Under the pieces are notes generated by a model, which was not told the origin of the DNA, did not search any database, and worked only from the letters and a program-made list of their open reading frames with translations. The position numbers and the translations under genes are program-made. Positions 1 through 14,100 of a DNA stretch of 61,903 nt are shown here, one piece after another; the first letter of the stretch is position 1; every line of letters starts with the position of its first letter. The stretch is from Nemertoderma westbladi (Eukaryota; Animalia; Xenacoelomorpha): NCBI GenBank assembly GCA_032718475.1, contig JAUCBJ010000014.1, positions 1 through 61,903 on the forward strand, given 5' to 3'.

Positions 1-149
1 ATATTGTACATACTACCATACAACATAAAAAATTATAAAGGATGTGGGTCGGGGTCTTCTAAACAAAAAGATTTATTTGTATGTAAAGTTATAGTAAAAC
101 CAAAAAATTATATAATTATATAATTAAATAATAATTCTTTATCCAATAG

Positions 150-289
150 GAATGTGAAGAGAAAAATTATGTGATTGCGCCAATTCTCGATGCTGCTAAA
201 TATCTAATTGAAGAGAATTCCAAGATCCCGCTAAAGAATAAACTACATCTTAACAACTTACTGAAAGGCAAGGATAACCAATACTACAG
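150..289 (+). CDS. alpha-carbonic anhydrase, penultimate exon (not in ORF track)
   Basis: Preceded by ttctttatccaatAG and followed by CAG|gttaat. It is 140 nt (46 codons + AG): ECEEKNYVIAPILDAAKYLIEENSKIPLKNKLHLNNLLKGKDNQYY(R). Joining to 23125 reconstitutes the alpha-CA motif YYRYNGSLTTP in the correct phase. Confidence 0.88.
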
Positions 290-414
290 GTTAATAAACA
301 AAAATAAACAGTAATACAAAATAAAGATAAGCAAGAAATATTAGAGGCCGTATTTATTGATCGCATCTCCTTACATTAAGAGTGATTGTCCACACACACT
401 ATACTTTTAGCCCA

Positions 415-581
415 ACAGTTACAATGGTTCCTCTAAAACTCTCACCACTTTCCAGAGTTACAATGTTTCCCAAAACATTTTTTCTATTCCCCCCAGAGCT
501 ATAATAATTCCTTTGACTATGTCTCCCTTCTTACAGTTACAATAGTTCACATCGTCCCTTCTTCCTATAGATACAACGGTT
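415..581 (+). repeat. degenerate ~34-40-bp subunits and the first ~72-bp unit of the satellite, upstream of the LINE
   Basis: Successive cagttacaatggttcc, gagttacaatgtttcc and gagctataataattcctttgactat...cttacagttacaatagttcacatc...cctatagatacaacggtt, grading into the array consensus. Confidence 0.8.
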
Positions 582-2166
582 AGCAGCTGCAGAAACAGTT
601 CCTGTATACCCTCGAAACAGGAAACGGGCCCCCTGGACTGACAGCAACATTCAGAAGTGCCGAAATGACCTCTACAAGGCGCAGAAACAGACTACAGCGG
701 CCAAGAATGCAGTTAAGGCTGCATCTAGGTCCCTGAACAGGCAGTACTCTGTTAATTTACAGGAGCTAATAAACCAACAGGTTGATGCCATCAATGATGC
801 TGACGACAGCAGGCAATCATCCCAGGCATGGAGATCGATCAACTTGCTTGCTGGTCGAAAAGGCCAACCAACCACCAAAGTTAAGGCTGAATCACTAGCC
901 GATCGCCTCAACGGTTGGAAGGCCCACTTTGAAAAGCTCCTCAATAATGACAGGGTATTGCATGATAACTTTATAGAAGTAAAAGTGTCTGAGGCATCTG
1001 GCTGTTATCTTTGTTGACTTCTTCAAGGCCTTTGATTCAGTCTCTCGCTCACGTATGTTCAGCATACTTTCATTATATGGGATTCCTAATGAAATTATTG
1101 CAGCAATCAGATCAGTATACGATGGTTCGACAACATTTGTGTCTACTGTTGACGGTGACACAGAACCATTTGAAGTGTTATGGAGCGTCCTCCAGGGAGA
1201 CACACTTGCACCATTCTTGTTCATAATTGTTGTTGATTATGTTCTACGCATGTCCTTAGATCATCATAATGATGATGGGGTGATGATAACTCCACCTACT
1301 GGCTCCAGAAGTCGAGGAAATCCTGCCAAGTACCTAACTGATCTAGACTTTGCTGATGACTTATGAGTACTCTCAGAATCACTAGAGGGAGTCCAACGGC
1401 TCCTCAGCTCATTAGAACATGCTGCTTCTAGTGTTGGTCTTTTTATTAACTCCAGAAAGGCCAAAATTTTGACAGTTAACTTTGAAAGTCCTCAGGAAGT
1501 CTCTGATCGGATGAGCATAAGCTCAAAAGATGGTATGCTTGAGCATGTGGATGACTTCTGTTACCTGGGATCATGGATCAGGAAGTCAGGTGAGGACCTT
1601 CCAATACGTAAGGGAAAGGCATGGGCAGCCTTGAATAGGCTTTCCAGGATTTGGAAGTCACTGAGAATTAATCGGAAACTTAAGGTCCGATTATTTAGAG
1701 CAGCAGTAGTTCCAGTACTCCTCTATGGGAGTCCATGCCGGGCTCTAACTGCTGAGGACACCAAATCTCTGGATGGCACATTCACAAGAATGCGCTACGC
1801 CGTTTTCATTGTGTCAAGTACAATGCACACATGTCCAACCAGACACTATATAACATTGAAGGTGTCCCATTGGTTCCCCCAAGCTTGACACTAGAAAAAA
1901 ATCGCCTCCGCTTTGCAGGACATTGCTTTCGCCATGAGGGCCAGCCAGTGCATAATCTTGTACTTTGGCAGCCTCATGGAGTGAATAAGCATGGTGGACA
2001 GCCCATGACTTTCCTGAGACGCATCTTAAAGGACACTGGCCTTGAAGATGCGGATGATCTAGCAAATGTCATGGGTGATAGGGAGTTGTGGCGGTGCAAT
2101 TTTGTCGATAAGCCGGCACAGCATTCTTAAAAATGCAGCTGCAATGCAGCATGCCGATCCTAGTAG
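582..2166 (+). mobile_element. 5'-truncated, decayed RTE-clade non-LTR retrotransposon (reverse transcriptase region)
   Basis: RT motifs FVDFFKAFDSVSR, VLQGDTLAPFLFIIVVDY, DLDFADDL, VDDFCYLGS and RLRFAGHC are spread over frameshifted or stopped ORFs. It has a tagtag tail and a TSD tacaacggtt at 572-581 and 2167-2176. Confidence 0.9.
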
Positions 2167-5100
2167 TACAACGGTTCCTTTGACTATCTCTCCCTTCTTA
2201 CAGTTACAATAGTTCACATATTCTATTATTCCTATAGGTACAATGGTTGGTTCCTTTGACTATCTCTCCCTTCTTACAATTACAATAGTTCACATCTTCT
2301 CTTATTCCTATAGGTACAATGGTTGGTTCCTTTGACTATCTCTCCCTTCTTACAATTACAATAGTTCACATATTCTCTTATTCCTATAGGTACAACGGTT
2401 CCTTTGACTATCTCTCCCTTCTTACAATTACAATAGTTCACATCTTCTCTTATTCCTATAGGTACAATGGTTGGTACCTTTGACTATCTCTCCCTTCTTA
2501 CAATTACAATAGTTCATATCTTCTCTTCTTCCTATAGGTACAATGGTTGGTTCCTTTGACTATCTCTTCCTTCTTACAATTACAATAGTTCACATCTTCT
2601 CTTATTCCTATAGGTACAACGGTTCCTTTGACTATCTCTCCCTTCTTACAGTTACAATAGTTCACATCTTCTCTTATTCCTATAGGTACAACGGTTCCTT
2701 TGACTATCTCTCCCTTCTTACAGTTACAATAGTTCACATCTTCTCTTATTCCTATAGGTACAACGGTTCCTTTGACTATCTCTCCCTTCTTACAGTTACA
2801 ATAGTTCACCTCTTCCCTTCTTCCTATAGGTACAATGGTTCCTTTGACTATCTATCCCTTCTTACAATTACAATAGTTCACATCTTCTCTTATTCCTATA
2901 GGTACAACGGTTCCTTTGACTATCTCTCCCTTCTTACAGTTACCATAGTTCACATCTTCTCTTATTCCTATAGGTACAACGGTTCCTTTGACTATCTCTC
3001 CCTTCTTACAGTTATAATAGTTCACATATTCTATTATTCCTATAGGTACAATGGTTCCTTTGACTATCCGTCCCTTCTTACAGTTACAATAGTTCACATC
3101 TTCTCTTATTCCTATAGGTACAATGGTTGGTTCCTTTGACTATCTCTCCCTTCTTACAGTTACAATAGTTCACATATTCTATTATTCCTATAGGTACAAT
3201 GGTTCCTTTGACTATCCGTCCCTTCTTACAGTTACAATAGTTCAAATCTTCCCTTCTTCCTATAGGTACAATGGTTCCTTTGACTATCCGTCCCTTCTTA
3301 CATTTACAATAGTTCACATCTTCTCTTATTCCTATAGGTACGATGGTTGGTTCCTTTGACTATCTCTCCCTTCTTACAATTACAATAGTTCACATCTTCT
3401 CTTATTCCTATAGGTACAACGGTTCCTTTGACTATCTCTCCCTTCTTACAGTTACAATAGTTCACATCTTCTCTTATTCCTATAGGTACAATGGTACCTT
3501 TGACTATCTCTCCCTTCTTACAGTTACAATAGTTCACATCTTCTCTTATTCCTATAGGTACAACGGTTCCTTTGACTATCTCTCCCTTCTTACAGTTACA
3601 ATAGTTCACATCTTCTCTTATTCCTATAGGTACAATGGTTGGTTCCTTTGACTATCTCTCCCTTCTTACAATTACAATAGTTCACATCTTCTCTTATTCC
3701 TATAGGTACAACGGTTCCTTTGACTATCTCTCCCTTCTTACAGTTACAATAGTTCACATCTTCTCTTATTCCTATAGGTACAATGGTTGGTTCCTTTGAC
3801 TATCTCTCCCTTCTTACAATTACAATAGTTCACATCTTCTCTTATTCCTATAGGTACAACGGTTCCTTTGACTATCTCTCCCTTCTTACAGTTACAATAG
3901 TTCACATCTTCTCTTATTCCTATAGGTACAATGGTTGGTTCCTTTGACTATCTCTCCCTTCTTACAATTACAATAGTTCACATCTTCTCTTATTCCTATA
4001 GGTACAACGGTTCCTTTGACTATCTCTCCCTTCTTACAATTACAAAAGTGCACATATTCTCTTCTTCCTATAGGTACAACGGTTCCTTTGACTATCTCTC
4101 CCTTCTTACAGTTACAATAGTTCACCTCTTCCCTTCTTCCTAAAGGTACAATGGTTCCTTTGACTATCTATCCCTTCTTACAATTACAATAGTTCACATC
4201 TTCTCTTATTCCTATAGGTACAACGGTTCCTTTGACTATCTCTCCCTTCTTACAGTTACAATAGTTCACCTCTTCCCTTCTTCCTATAGGTACAATGGTT
4301 CCTTTGACTATCTCTCCCTTCTTACAATTACAATAGTTCACATCTTCTCTTATTCCTATAGGTACAACGGTTCCTTTGACTATCTCTCCCTTCTTACAGT
4401 TACAATAGTTCACATCTTCCCTTCTTCCTATAGGTACAACGGTTCCTTTGACTATCTCTCCCTTCTGACAATTACAATAGTTCACATCTTCTCTTATTCC
4501 TATAGGTACAATGGTTGATTCCTTTGACTATCTCTCCCTTCTTACAGTTACAATAGTTCACATCTTCCCTTCTTCCTATAGGTACAACGGTTCCTTTGAC
4601 TATCTCTCCCTTCTTACAGTTACAATAGTTCACATCTTCTCTTCTTCCTATAGGTACAACGGTTCCTTTGACTATCTCTCCCTTCTTACAGTTACAATAG
4701 TTCACCTCTTCTCTTCTTCCTATAGGTACAACGGTTCCTTTGACTATCTCTCCCTTCTTGCAGTTACAATAATTCACATCTTCTCTTATTCCTATAGGTA
4801 CAATGGTACCTTTGACTATCTCTCCCTTCTTACAGTTACAATAGTTCACCTCTTCCCTTCTTCCTATAGGTACAACGGTTCCTTTGACTATCTCTCCCTT
4901 CTTACAGTTACAATAGTTCACATCTTCTCTTATTCCTATAGGTACAATGGTTGGTTCCTTTGACTATCTCTCCCTTCTTACAGTTACAATAGTTCACATC
5001 TTCCCTTCTTCCTATAGGTACAATGGTTCCTTTGACTATCTCTCCCTTCTTACAGTTACAATAGTTCACATCTTCTCTTATTCCTATAGGTACAATGGTT

Positions 5101-8100
5101 GGTTCTTTTGACTATCTCTCCCTTCTTACAGTTACAATAGTTCACATCTTCCCTTCTTCCTATAGGTACAACGGTTCCTTTGATTATCTCTCCCTTCTTA
5201 CAATTACAATAGTTCACATCTTCTCTTCTTCCTATAGGTACAACGGTTCCTTTGACTATATCTCCCTTCTTACAGTTACAATAGTTTACATCTTCTCTTA
5301 TTCCTATAGGTACAATGGTACCTTTGACTATCTCTCCCTTCTTACAGTTTCAATAGTTCACATCTTCCCTTCTTCCTATAGGTACAATGGTTCCTTTGAC
5401 TATCTCTCCCTTCTTACAATTATAATAGTTCACATCTTCTCTTATTCCTATAGGTACAATGGTACCTTTGACTATCTCTCCCTTCTTACAGTTTCAATAG
5501 TTCACCTCTTCCCTTCTTCCTATAGGTACAACGGTTCCTTTGACTATCTCTCCCTTCTTACAATTATAATAGTTCACATCTTCTCTTCTTCCTATAGGTA
5601 CAATGGTTCCTTTGACTATATCTCCCTTCTTACAGTTACAATAGTTTACATCTTCTCTTATTCCTATAGGTACAATGGTACCTTTGACTATCTCTCCCTT
5701 CTTACAGTTTCAATAGTTCACCTCTTCCCTTCTTCCTATAGGTACAACGGTTCCTTTGACTATCTCTCCCTTCTTAGAGTTACAATAGTTCACATCTTCT
5801 CTTCTTCCTATAGGTACAACGGTTCCTTTGACTATATCTCCCTTCTTAGAGTTACAATAGTTCACATCTTCTCTTCTTCCTATAGGTACAACGGTTCCTT
5901 TGACTATCTCTCCCTTCTTACAATTACAATAGTTCACCTCTTCCCTTCTTCCTATAGGTACAACGGTTCCTTTGACTATCTCTCCCTTCTTACAATTATA
6001 ATAGTTCACATCTTCTCTTATTCCTATAGGTACAATGGTACCTTTGACTATCTCTCCCTTCTTACAGTTTCAATAGTTCACCTCTTCCCTTCTTCCTATA
6101 GGTACAACGGTTCCTTTGACTATCTCTCCCTTCTTACAGTTACAATAGTTCACATCTTCTCTTCTTCCTATAGGTACAATGGTTCCTTTGACTATCTCTC
6201 CCTTCTTACAGTTACAATTCTTCACATCTTCTCTTATTCCTATAGGTACAACGGTTCCTTTGACTATCTCTCCCTTCTTACAGTTACAATAGTTCACCTC
6301 TTCCCTTCTTCCTATAGGTACAACGGTTCCTTTGACTATCTCTCCCTTCTTACAATTATAATAGTTCACATCTTCTCTTCTTCCTATAGGTACAATGGTT
6401 CCTTTGACTATATCTCCCTTCTTACAGTTACAATAGTTTACATCTTCTCTTATTCCTATAGGTACAATGGTACCTTTGACTATCTCTCCCTTCTTACAGT
6501 TTCAATAGTTCACCTCTTCCCTTCTTCCTATAGGTACAACGGTTCCTTTGACTATCTCTCCCTTCTTAGAGTTACAATAGTTCACATCTTCTCTTCTTCC
6601 TATAGGTACAACGGTTCCTTTGACTATATCTCCCTTCTTAGAGTTACAATAGTTCACATCTTCTCTTCTTCCTATAGGTACAACGGTTCCTTTGACTATC
6701 TCTCCCTTCTTACAATTACAATAGTTCACCTCTTCCCTTCTTCCTATAGGTACAACGGTTCCTTTGACTATCTCTCCCTTCTTACAATTATAATAGTTCA
6801 CATCTTCTCTTATTCCTATAGGTACAATGGTACCTTTGACTATCTCTCCCTTCTTACAGTTTCAATAGTTCACCTCTTCCCTTCTTCCTATAGGTACAAC
6901 GGTTCCTTTGACTATCTCTCCCTTCTTACAGTTACAATAGTTCACATCTTCTCTTCTTCCTATAGGTACAATGGTACCTTTGACTATCTCTCCCTTCTTA
7001 CAGTTTCAATAGTTCACCTCTTCCCTTCTTCCTATAGGTACAACGGTTCCTTTGACTATCTCTCCCTTCTTACAGTTACAATTCTTCACATCTTCTCTTA
7101 TTCCTATAGGTACAATGGTACCTTTGACTATCTCTCCCTTCTTACAGTTACAATAGTTCACCTCTTCCCTTCTTCCTATAGGTACAACGGTTCCTTTGAT
7201 TATCTCTCCCTTCTTACAATTACAATAGTTCACATCTTCTCTTCTTCCTATAGGTACAACGGTTCCTTTGACTATCTCTCCCTTCTTACAGTTACAATAG
7301 TTCACATCTTCTCTTATTCCTATAGGTACAATGGTTGGTTCCTTTGACTATCTCTCCCTTCTTACAGTTACAATAGTTCACATCTTCCCTTCTTCCTATA
7401 GGTACAATGGTTCCTTTGACTATCTCTCCCTTCTTACAGTTACAATAGTTCACATCTTCTCTTATTCCTATAGGTACAATGGTTGGTTCCTTTGACTATC
7501 TCTCCCTTCTTACAGTTACAATAGTTCACATCTTCCCTTCTTCCTATAGGTACAACGGTTCCTTTGACTATATCTCCCTTCTTACAGTTACAATACTTTA
7601 CATCTTCTCTTATTCCTATAGGTACAATGGTTGGTTCCTTTGACTATCTCTCCCTTCTTACAGTTACAATAGTTCACATCTTCTCTTATTCCTATAGGTA
7701 CAATGGTTCCTTTGACTATCTCTCCCTTATTACAATTACAATAGTTCACATCTTCTCTTATTCCTATAGGTACAACGGTTCCTTTGACTATCTCTCCCTT
7801 CTTACAGTTACAATAGTTCACATCTTCTCTTATTCCTATGGGTACAATGGTTCCTTTGACTATATCTCCCTTCTTACAGTTACAATAGTTCACATCTTCT
7901 CTTATTCCTATAGGTACAATGGTTGGTTCCTTTGACTATCTCTCCCTTCTTACAGTTACAATAGTTCACATCTTCTCTTATTCCTATAGGTACAATGGTT
8001 GGTTCCTTTGACTATCTCTCCCTTCTTACAGTTACAATAGTTCACATCTTCTCTTATTCCTATAGGTACAACGGTTCCTTTGACTATCTCTCCCTTCTTA

Positions 8101-11100
8101 CAGTTACAATAGTTAACATCTTCTCTTATTCCTATAGGTGCAACGGTTCCTTTGACTATCTCTCCCTTCTTACAGTTACAATAGTTCACATCTTCTCTTA
8201 TTCCTATGGGTACAATGGTTCCTTTGACTATATCTCCCTTCTTACAGTTTCAATAGTTCACATCTTCCCTTCTTCCTATAGGTACAATGGTTCCTTTGAC
8301 TATCTCTCCCTTCTTACAATTATAATAGTTCACATCTTCTCTTATTCCTATAGGTACAATGGTACCTTTGACTATCTCTCCCTTCTTACAGTTTCAATAG
8401 TTCACCTCTTCCCTTCTTCCTATAGGTACAACGGTTCCTTTGACTATCTCTCCCTTCTTACAATTATAATAGTTCACATCTTCTCTTATTCCTATAGGTA
8501 CAACGGTTCCTTTGACTATCTCTCCCTTCTTACAGTTACAATAGTTCACATCTTCTCTTATTCCTATGGGTACAATGGTTCCTTTGACTATATCTCCCTT
8601 CTTACAGTTACAATAGTTCACATCTTCTCTTATTCCTATAGGTACAATGGTTGGTTCCTTTGACTATCTCTCCCTTCTTACAGTTACAATAGTTCACATC
8701 TTCTCTTATTCCTATAGGTACAATGGTTGGTTCCTTTGACTATCTCTCCCTTCTTACAGTTACAATAGTTCACATCTTCTCTTATTCCTATAGGTACAAC
8801 GGTTCCTTTGACTATCTCTCCCTTCTTACAGTTACAATAGTTAACATCTTCTCTTATTCCTATAGGTGCAACGGTTCCTTTGACTATCTCTCCCTTCTTA
8901 CAGTTACAATAGTTCACATCTTCTCTTATTCCTATAGGTACAACGGTTCCTTTGACTATCTCTCCCTTCTTACAGTTACAATAGTTCACATCTTCTCTTA
9001 TTCCTATGGGTACAATGGTTCCTTTGACTATATCTCCCTTCTTACAGTTACAATAGTTCACATCTTCTCTTATTCCTATAGGTACAATGGTTGGTTCCTT
9101 TGACTATCTCTCCCTTCTTACAGTTACAATAGTTCACATCTTCTCTTATTCCTATAGGTACAATGGTTGGTTCCTTTGACTATCTCTCCCTTCTTACAGT
9201 TACAATAGTTCACATCTTCTCTTATTCCTATAGGTACAACGGTTCCTTTGACTATCTCTCCCTTCTTACAGTTACAATAGTTCACATCTTCTCTTATTCC
9301 TATAGGTACAACGGTTCCTTTGACTATCTCTCCCTTCTTACAGTTACAATAGTTCACATCTTCTCTTATTATTATAGGTACAATGATTCCTTTGACTATC
9401 TCTCCCTTATTACAATTACAATAGTTCACATCTTCTCTTATTCCTATAGGTACAATGGTACCTATGACTATCTCTCCCTTCTTACAGTTACAATAGTTCA
9501 CATCTTCTCTTATTCCTATAGGTACAACGGTTACAATAGTTAACATCTTCCCTTCTTCCTATAGGCACAATGGTTCCTTTGACTATCTCTCCCTTCTTAC
9601 AGTTACAATAGTTCACATCTTCTCTTATTCCTATAGGTACAACGGTTCCTTTGACTATCTCTCCCTTCTTACAGTTACAATAGTTCACATATTCTATTAT
9701 TCCTATAGGTACAATGGTTGGTTCCTTTGACTATCTCTCCCTTCTTACAATTACAATAGTTCACATCTTCTCTTCTTCCTATAGGTACAATGGTTGGTTC
9801 CTTTGACTATCTCTTCCTTCTTACAATTACAATAGTTCACATCTTCTCTTCTTCCTATAGGTACAACGGTTCCTTTGACTATCTCTCCCTTCTTACAATT
9901 ACAATAGTTCACATCTTCTCTTATTCCTATAGGTACAACGGTTCCTTTGACTATCTCTCCCTTCTTACAGTTACAATACTTCACATATTCTATTATTCCT
10001 ATAGGTACAATGGTTCCTTTGACTATCCGTCCCTTCTTACAGTTACAATAGTTCACATCTTCTCTTATTCCTATAGGTACAATGGTTGGTTCCTTTGACT
10101 ATCTCTCCCTTCTTACAATTACAATAGTTCACATCTTCTCTTATTCCTATAGGTACAATGGTTGGTTCCTTTGACTATCTCTCCCTTCTTACAATTACAA
10201 TAGTTCAATCTTCTCTTATTCCTATTGGTACAACGGTTCCTTTGACTATCCGTCCCTTCTTACAGTTACAATAGTTCACATCTTCTCTTATTCCTATAGG
10301 TACAATGGTTGGTTCCTTTGACTATCTCTCCCTTCTTACAATTACAATAGTTCACATCTTCCCTTCTTCCTATTGGTACAACGGTTCCTTTGACTATCCG
10401 TCCCTTCTTACAGTTACAATAGTTCACATCTTCTCTTATTCCTATAGGTACAATGGTTGGTTCCTTTGACTATCTCTCCCTTCTTACAATTACAATAGTT
10501 CACATCTTCCCTTATTCCTATAGGTACAATGGTTCCTTTGACTATCTCTCCCTTCTTACAGTTACAATAGTTCACATCTTCCCTTCTTCCTATAGGTGCA
10601 ACGGTTCCTTTGACTATCTCTCCCTTCTTACAGTTACAATAGTTCACCTCTTCCCTTCTTCCTATAGGTACAATGGTTCCTTTGACTATCTCTCCCTTCT
10701 TACAATTACAATAGTTCACATCTTCTCTTATTCCTATAGGTACAATGGTTGGTTCCTTTGACTATCTCTCCCTTCTTACAGTTTCAATAGTTCACATCTT
10801 CCCTTCTTCCTATAGGTGCAACGGTTCCTTTGACTATCTCTCCCTTCTTACAATTACAATAGTTCACATCTTCTCTTCTTCCTATAGGTACAACGGTTCC
10901 TTTGACTATCTCTCCCTTCTTACAGTTACAATAGTTCACCTCTTCCCTTCTTCCTATAGGTACAATGGTTGGTTCCTTTGACTATCTCTCCCTTCTTACA
11001 ATTACAATAGTTCACATCTTCTCTTATTCCTATAGGTACAATGGTTGGTTCCTTTGACTATCTCTCCCTTCTTACAATTACAATAGTTCACATCTTCTCT

Positions 11101-14100
11101 TATTCCTATAGGTACAATGGTTGGTTCCTTTGACTATCTCTCCCTTCTTACAATTACAATAGTTCAATCTTCTCTTATTCCTATTGGTACAACGGTTCCT
11201 TTGACTATCCGTCCCTTCTTACAGTTACAATAGTTCACATCTTCTCTTATTCCTATAGGTACAATGGTTCCTTTGACTATCTCTCCCTTCTTACAATTAT
11301 AATAGTTCACATCTTCTCTTATTCCTATAGGTACAATGGTTGGTTCCTTTGACTATCTCTCCCTTCTTACAATTACAATAGTTCACATCTTCTCTTATTC
11401 CTATAGGTGCAACGGTTCCTTTGACTATCTCTCCCTTCTTACAATTACAATAGTTCACATCTTCTCTTATTCCTATAGGTACAATGGTTGGTTCCTTTGA
11501 CTATCTCTCCCTTCTTACAATTACAATAGTTCACATCTTCTCTTATTCCTATAGGTACAATGGTTGGTTCCTTTGACTATCTCTCCCTTCTTACAATTAC
11601 AATAGTTCAATCTTCTCTTATTCCTATTGGTACAACGGTTCCTTTGACTATCCGTCCCTTCTTACAGTTACAATAGTTCACATCTTCTCTTATTCCTATA
11701 GGTACAATGGTTCCTTTGACTATCTCTCCCTTCTTACAATTATAATAGTTCACATCTTCTCTTATTCCTATAGGTACAATGGTTGGTTCCTTTGACTATC
11801 TCTCCCTTCTTACAATTACAATAGTTCACATCTTCTCTTATTCCTATAGGTGCAACGGTTCCTTTGACTATCTCTCCCTTCTTACAATTATAATAGTTCA
11901 CATCTTCTCTTATTCCTATAGGTACAATGGTTGGTTCCTTTGACTATCTCTCCCTTCTTAACATTACAATAGTTCACATCTTCTCTTATTCCTATAGGTG
12001 CAACGGTTCCTTTGACTATCTCTCCCTTCTTACAATTACAATAGTTCACATCTTCTCTTATTCCTATAGGTGCAACGGTTCCTTTGACTATCTCTCCCTT
12101 CTTACAGTTACAATAGTTCACATCTTCTCTTCTTCCTATAGGTACAACGGTTCCTTTGACTATCTCTCCCTTCTTACAGTTACAATAGTTCACCTCTTCC
12201 CTTCTTCCTATAGGTACAATGGTTCCTTTGACTATCTCTCCCTTCTTACAATTACAATAGTTCACATCTTCCCTTCTTCCTATAGGTACAACGGTTCCTT
12301 TGACTATCTCTCCCTTCTTACAGTTACAATAGTTCACATCTTCTCTTATTCCTATAGGTACAATGGTTGGTTCCTTTGACTATCTCTCCCTTCTTACAGT
12401 TACAATAGTTCACATCTTCTCTTATTCCTATAGGTACAATGGTTCCTTTGACTATCTCTCCCTTCTTACATTAAATAGTTCACATCTTCTCTTATTCCTA
12501 TAGGTACAATGGTTCCTTTGACTATCTCTCCCTTCTTACAATTACAATAGTTCACATCTTCTCTTATTCCTATAGGTACAATGGTTGGTTCCTTTGACTA
12601 TCTCTTCCTTCTTACAATTACAATAGTTCAATCTTCTCTTATTCCTATTGGTACAACGGTTCCTTTGACTATCCGTCCCTTCTTACAGTTACAATAGTTC
12701 ACATCTTCTCTTATTCCTATAGGTACAATGGTTCCTTTGACTATCTCTCCCTTCTTACAATTACAATAGTTCACATCTTCTCTTCTTCCTATAGGTACAA
12801 CGGTTCCTTTGACTATCTCTCCCTTCTTACAATTACAATAGTTCACATCTTCTCTTCTTCCTATAGGTACAATGGTTCCTTTGACTATCTCTCCCTTCTT
12901 ACAGTTAAAATAGTTCACCTCTTCCCTTCTTCCTATAGGTACAATGGTTCCTTTGACTATCGCTCCCTTCTTACAGTTACAATAGTTCACATCTTCCCTT
13001 CTTCCTATAGGTACAACGGTTCCTTTGACTATCTCTCCCTTCTTACAATTACAATAGTTCACATCTTCTTTTATTCCTATAGGTACAATGGTTGGTTCCT
13101 TTGACTATCTCTCCCTTCTTACAGTTACAATAGTTCACATCTTCCCTTCTTCGTATAGGTACAACGGTTCCTTTGACTATCTCTCCCTTCTTACAGTTAC
13201 AATAGTTCACATCTTCTCTTATTCCTATAGGTACAACGGTTACAATAGTTAACATCTTCCCTTCTTCCTATAGGCACAATGGTTCCTTTGACTATCTCTC
13301 CCTTCTTACAGTTACAATAGTTCACATATTCTATTATTCCTATAGGTACAATGGTTGGTTCCTTTGACTATCTCTTCCTTCTTACAATTACAATAGTTCA
13401 CATCTTCTCTTCTTCCTATAGGTACAATGGTTGGTTCCTTTGACTATCTCTTCCTTCTTACAATTACAATAGTTCACATCTTATCTTCTTCCTATAGGTA
13501 CAATGGTTCCTTTGACTATCTCTCCCTTCTTACAATTACAATAGTTCACATCTTCTCTTATTCCTATAGGTACAACGGTTCCTTTGACTATCTCTCCCTT
13601 CTAACAATTACAATAGTTCACATCTTCTCTTCTTCCTATAGGTACAACGGTTCCTTTGACTATCTCTCCCTTCTTACAGTTACAATAGTTCACCTCTTCC
13701 CTTCTTCCTATAGGTACAATGGTTCCTTTGACTATCTCTCCCTTCTTACAATTACAATAGTTCACATCTTCTCTTATTCCTATAGGTACAATGGTTCCTT
13801 TGACTATCTCTCCCTTCTTACAATTACAATAGTTCACATCTTCTCTTATTCCTATAGGTACAACGGTTCCTTTGACTATCTCTCCCTTCTAACAATTACA
13901 ATAGTTCACATCTTCTCTTCTTCCTATAGGTACAACGGTTCCTTTGACTATCTCTCCCTTCTTACAGTTACAATAGTTCACCTCTTCCCTTCTTCCTATA
14001 GGTACAATGGTTCCTTTGACTATCTCTCCCTTCTTACAATTACAATAGTTCACATCTTCTCTTATTCCTATAGGTACAACGGTTCCTTTGACTATCTCTC

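Noticed and set aside
1-149. A further upstream carbonic anhydrase exon
   Set aside because: The frames I translated show no expected LAVxxxF-type motif, so it is treated as intron.
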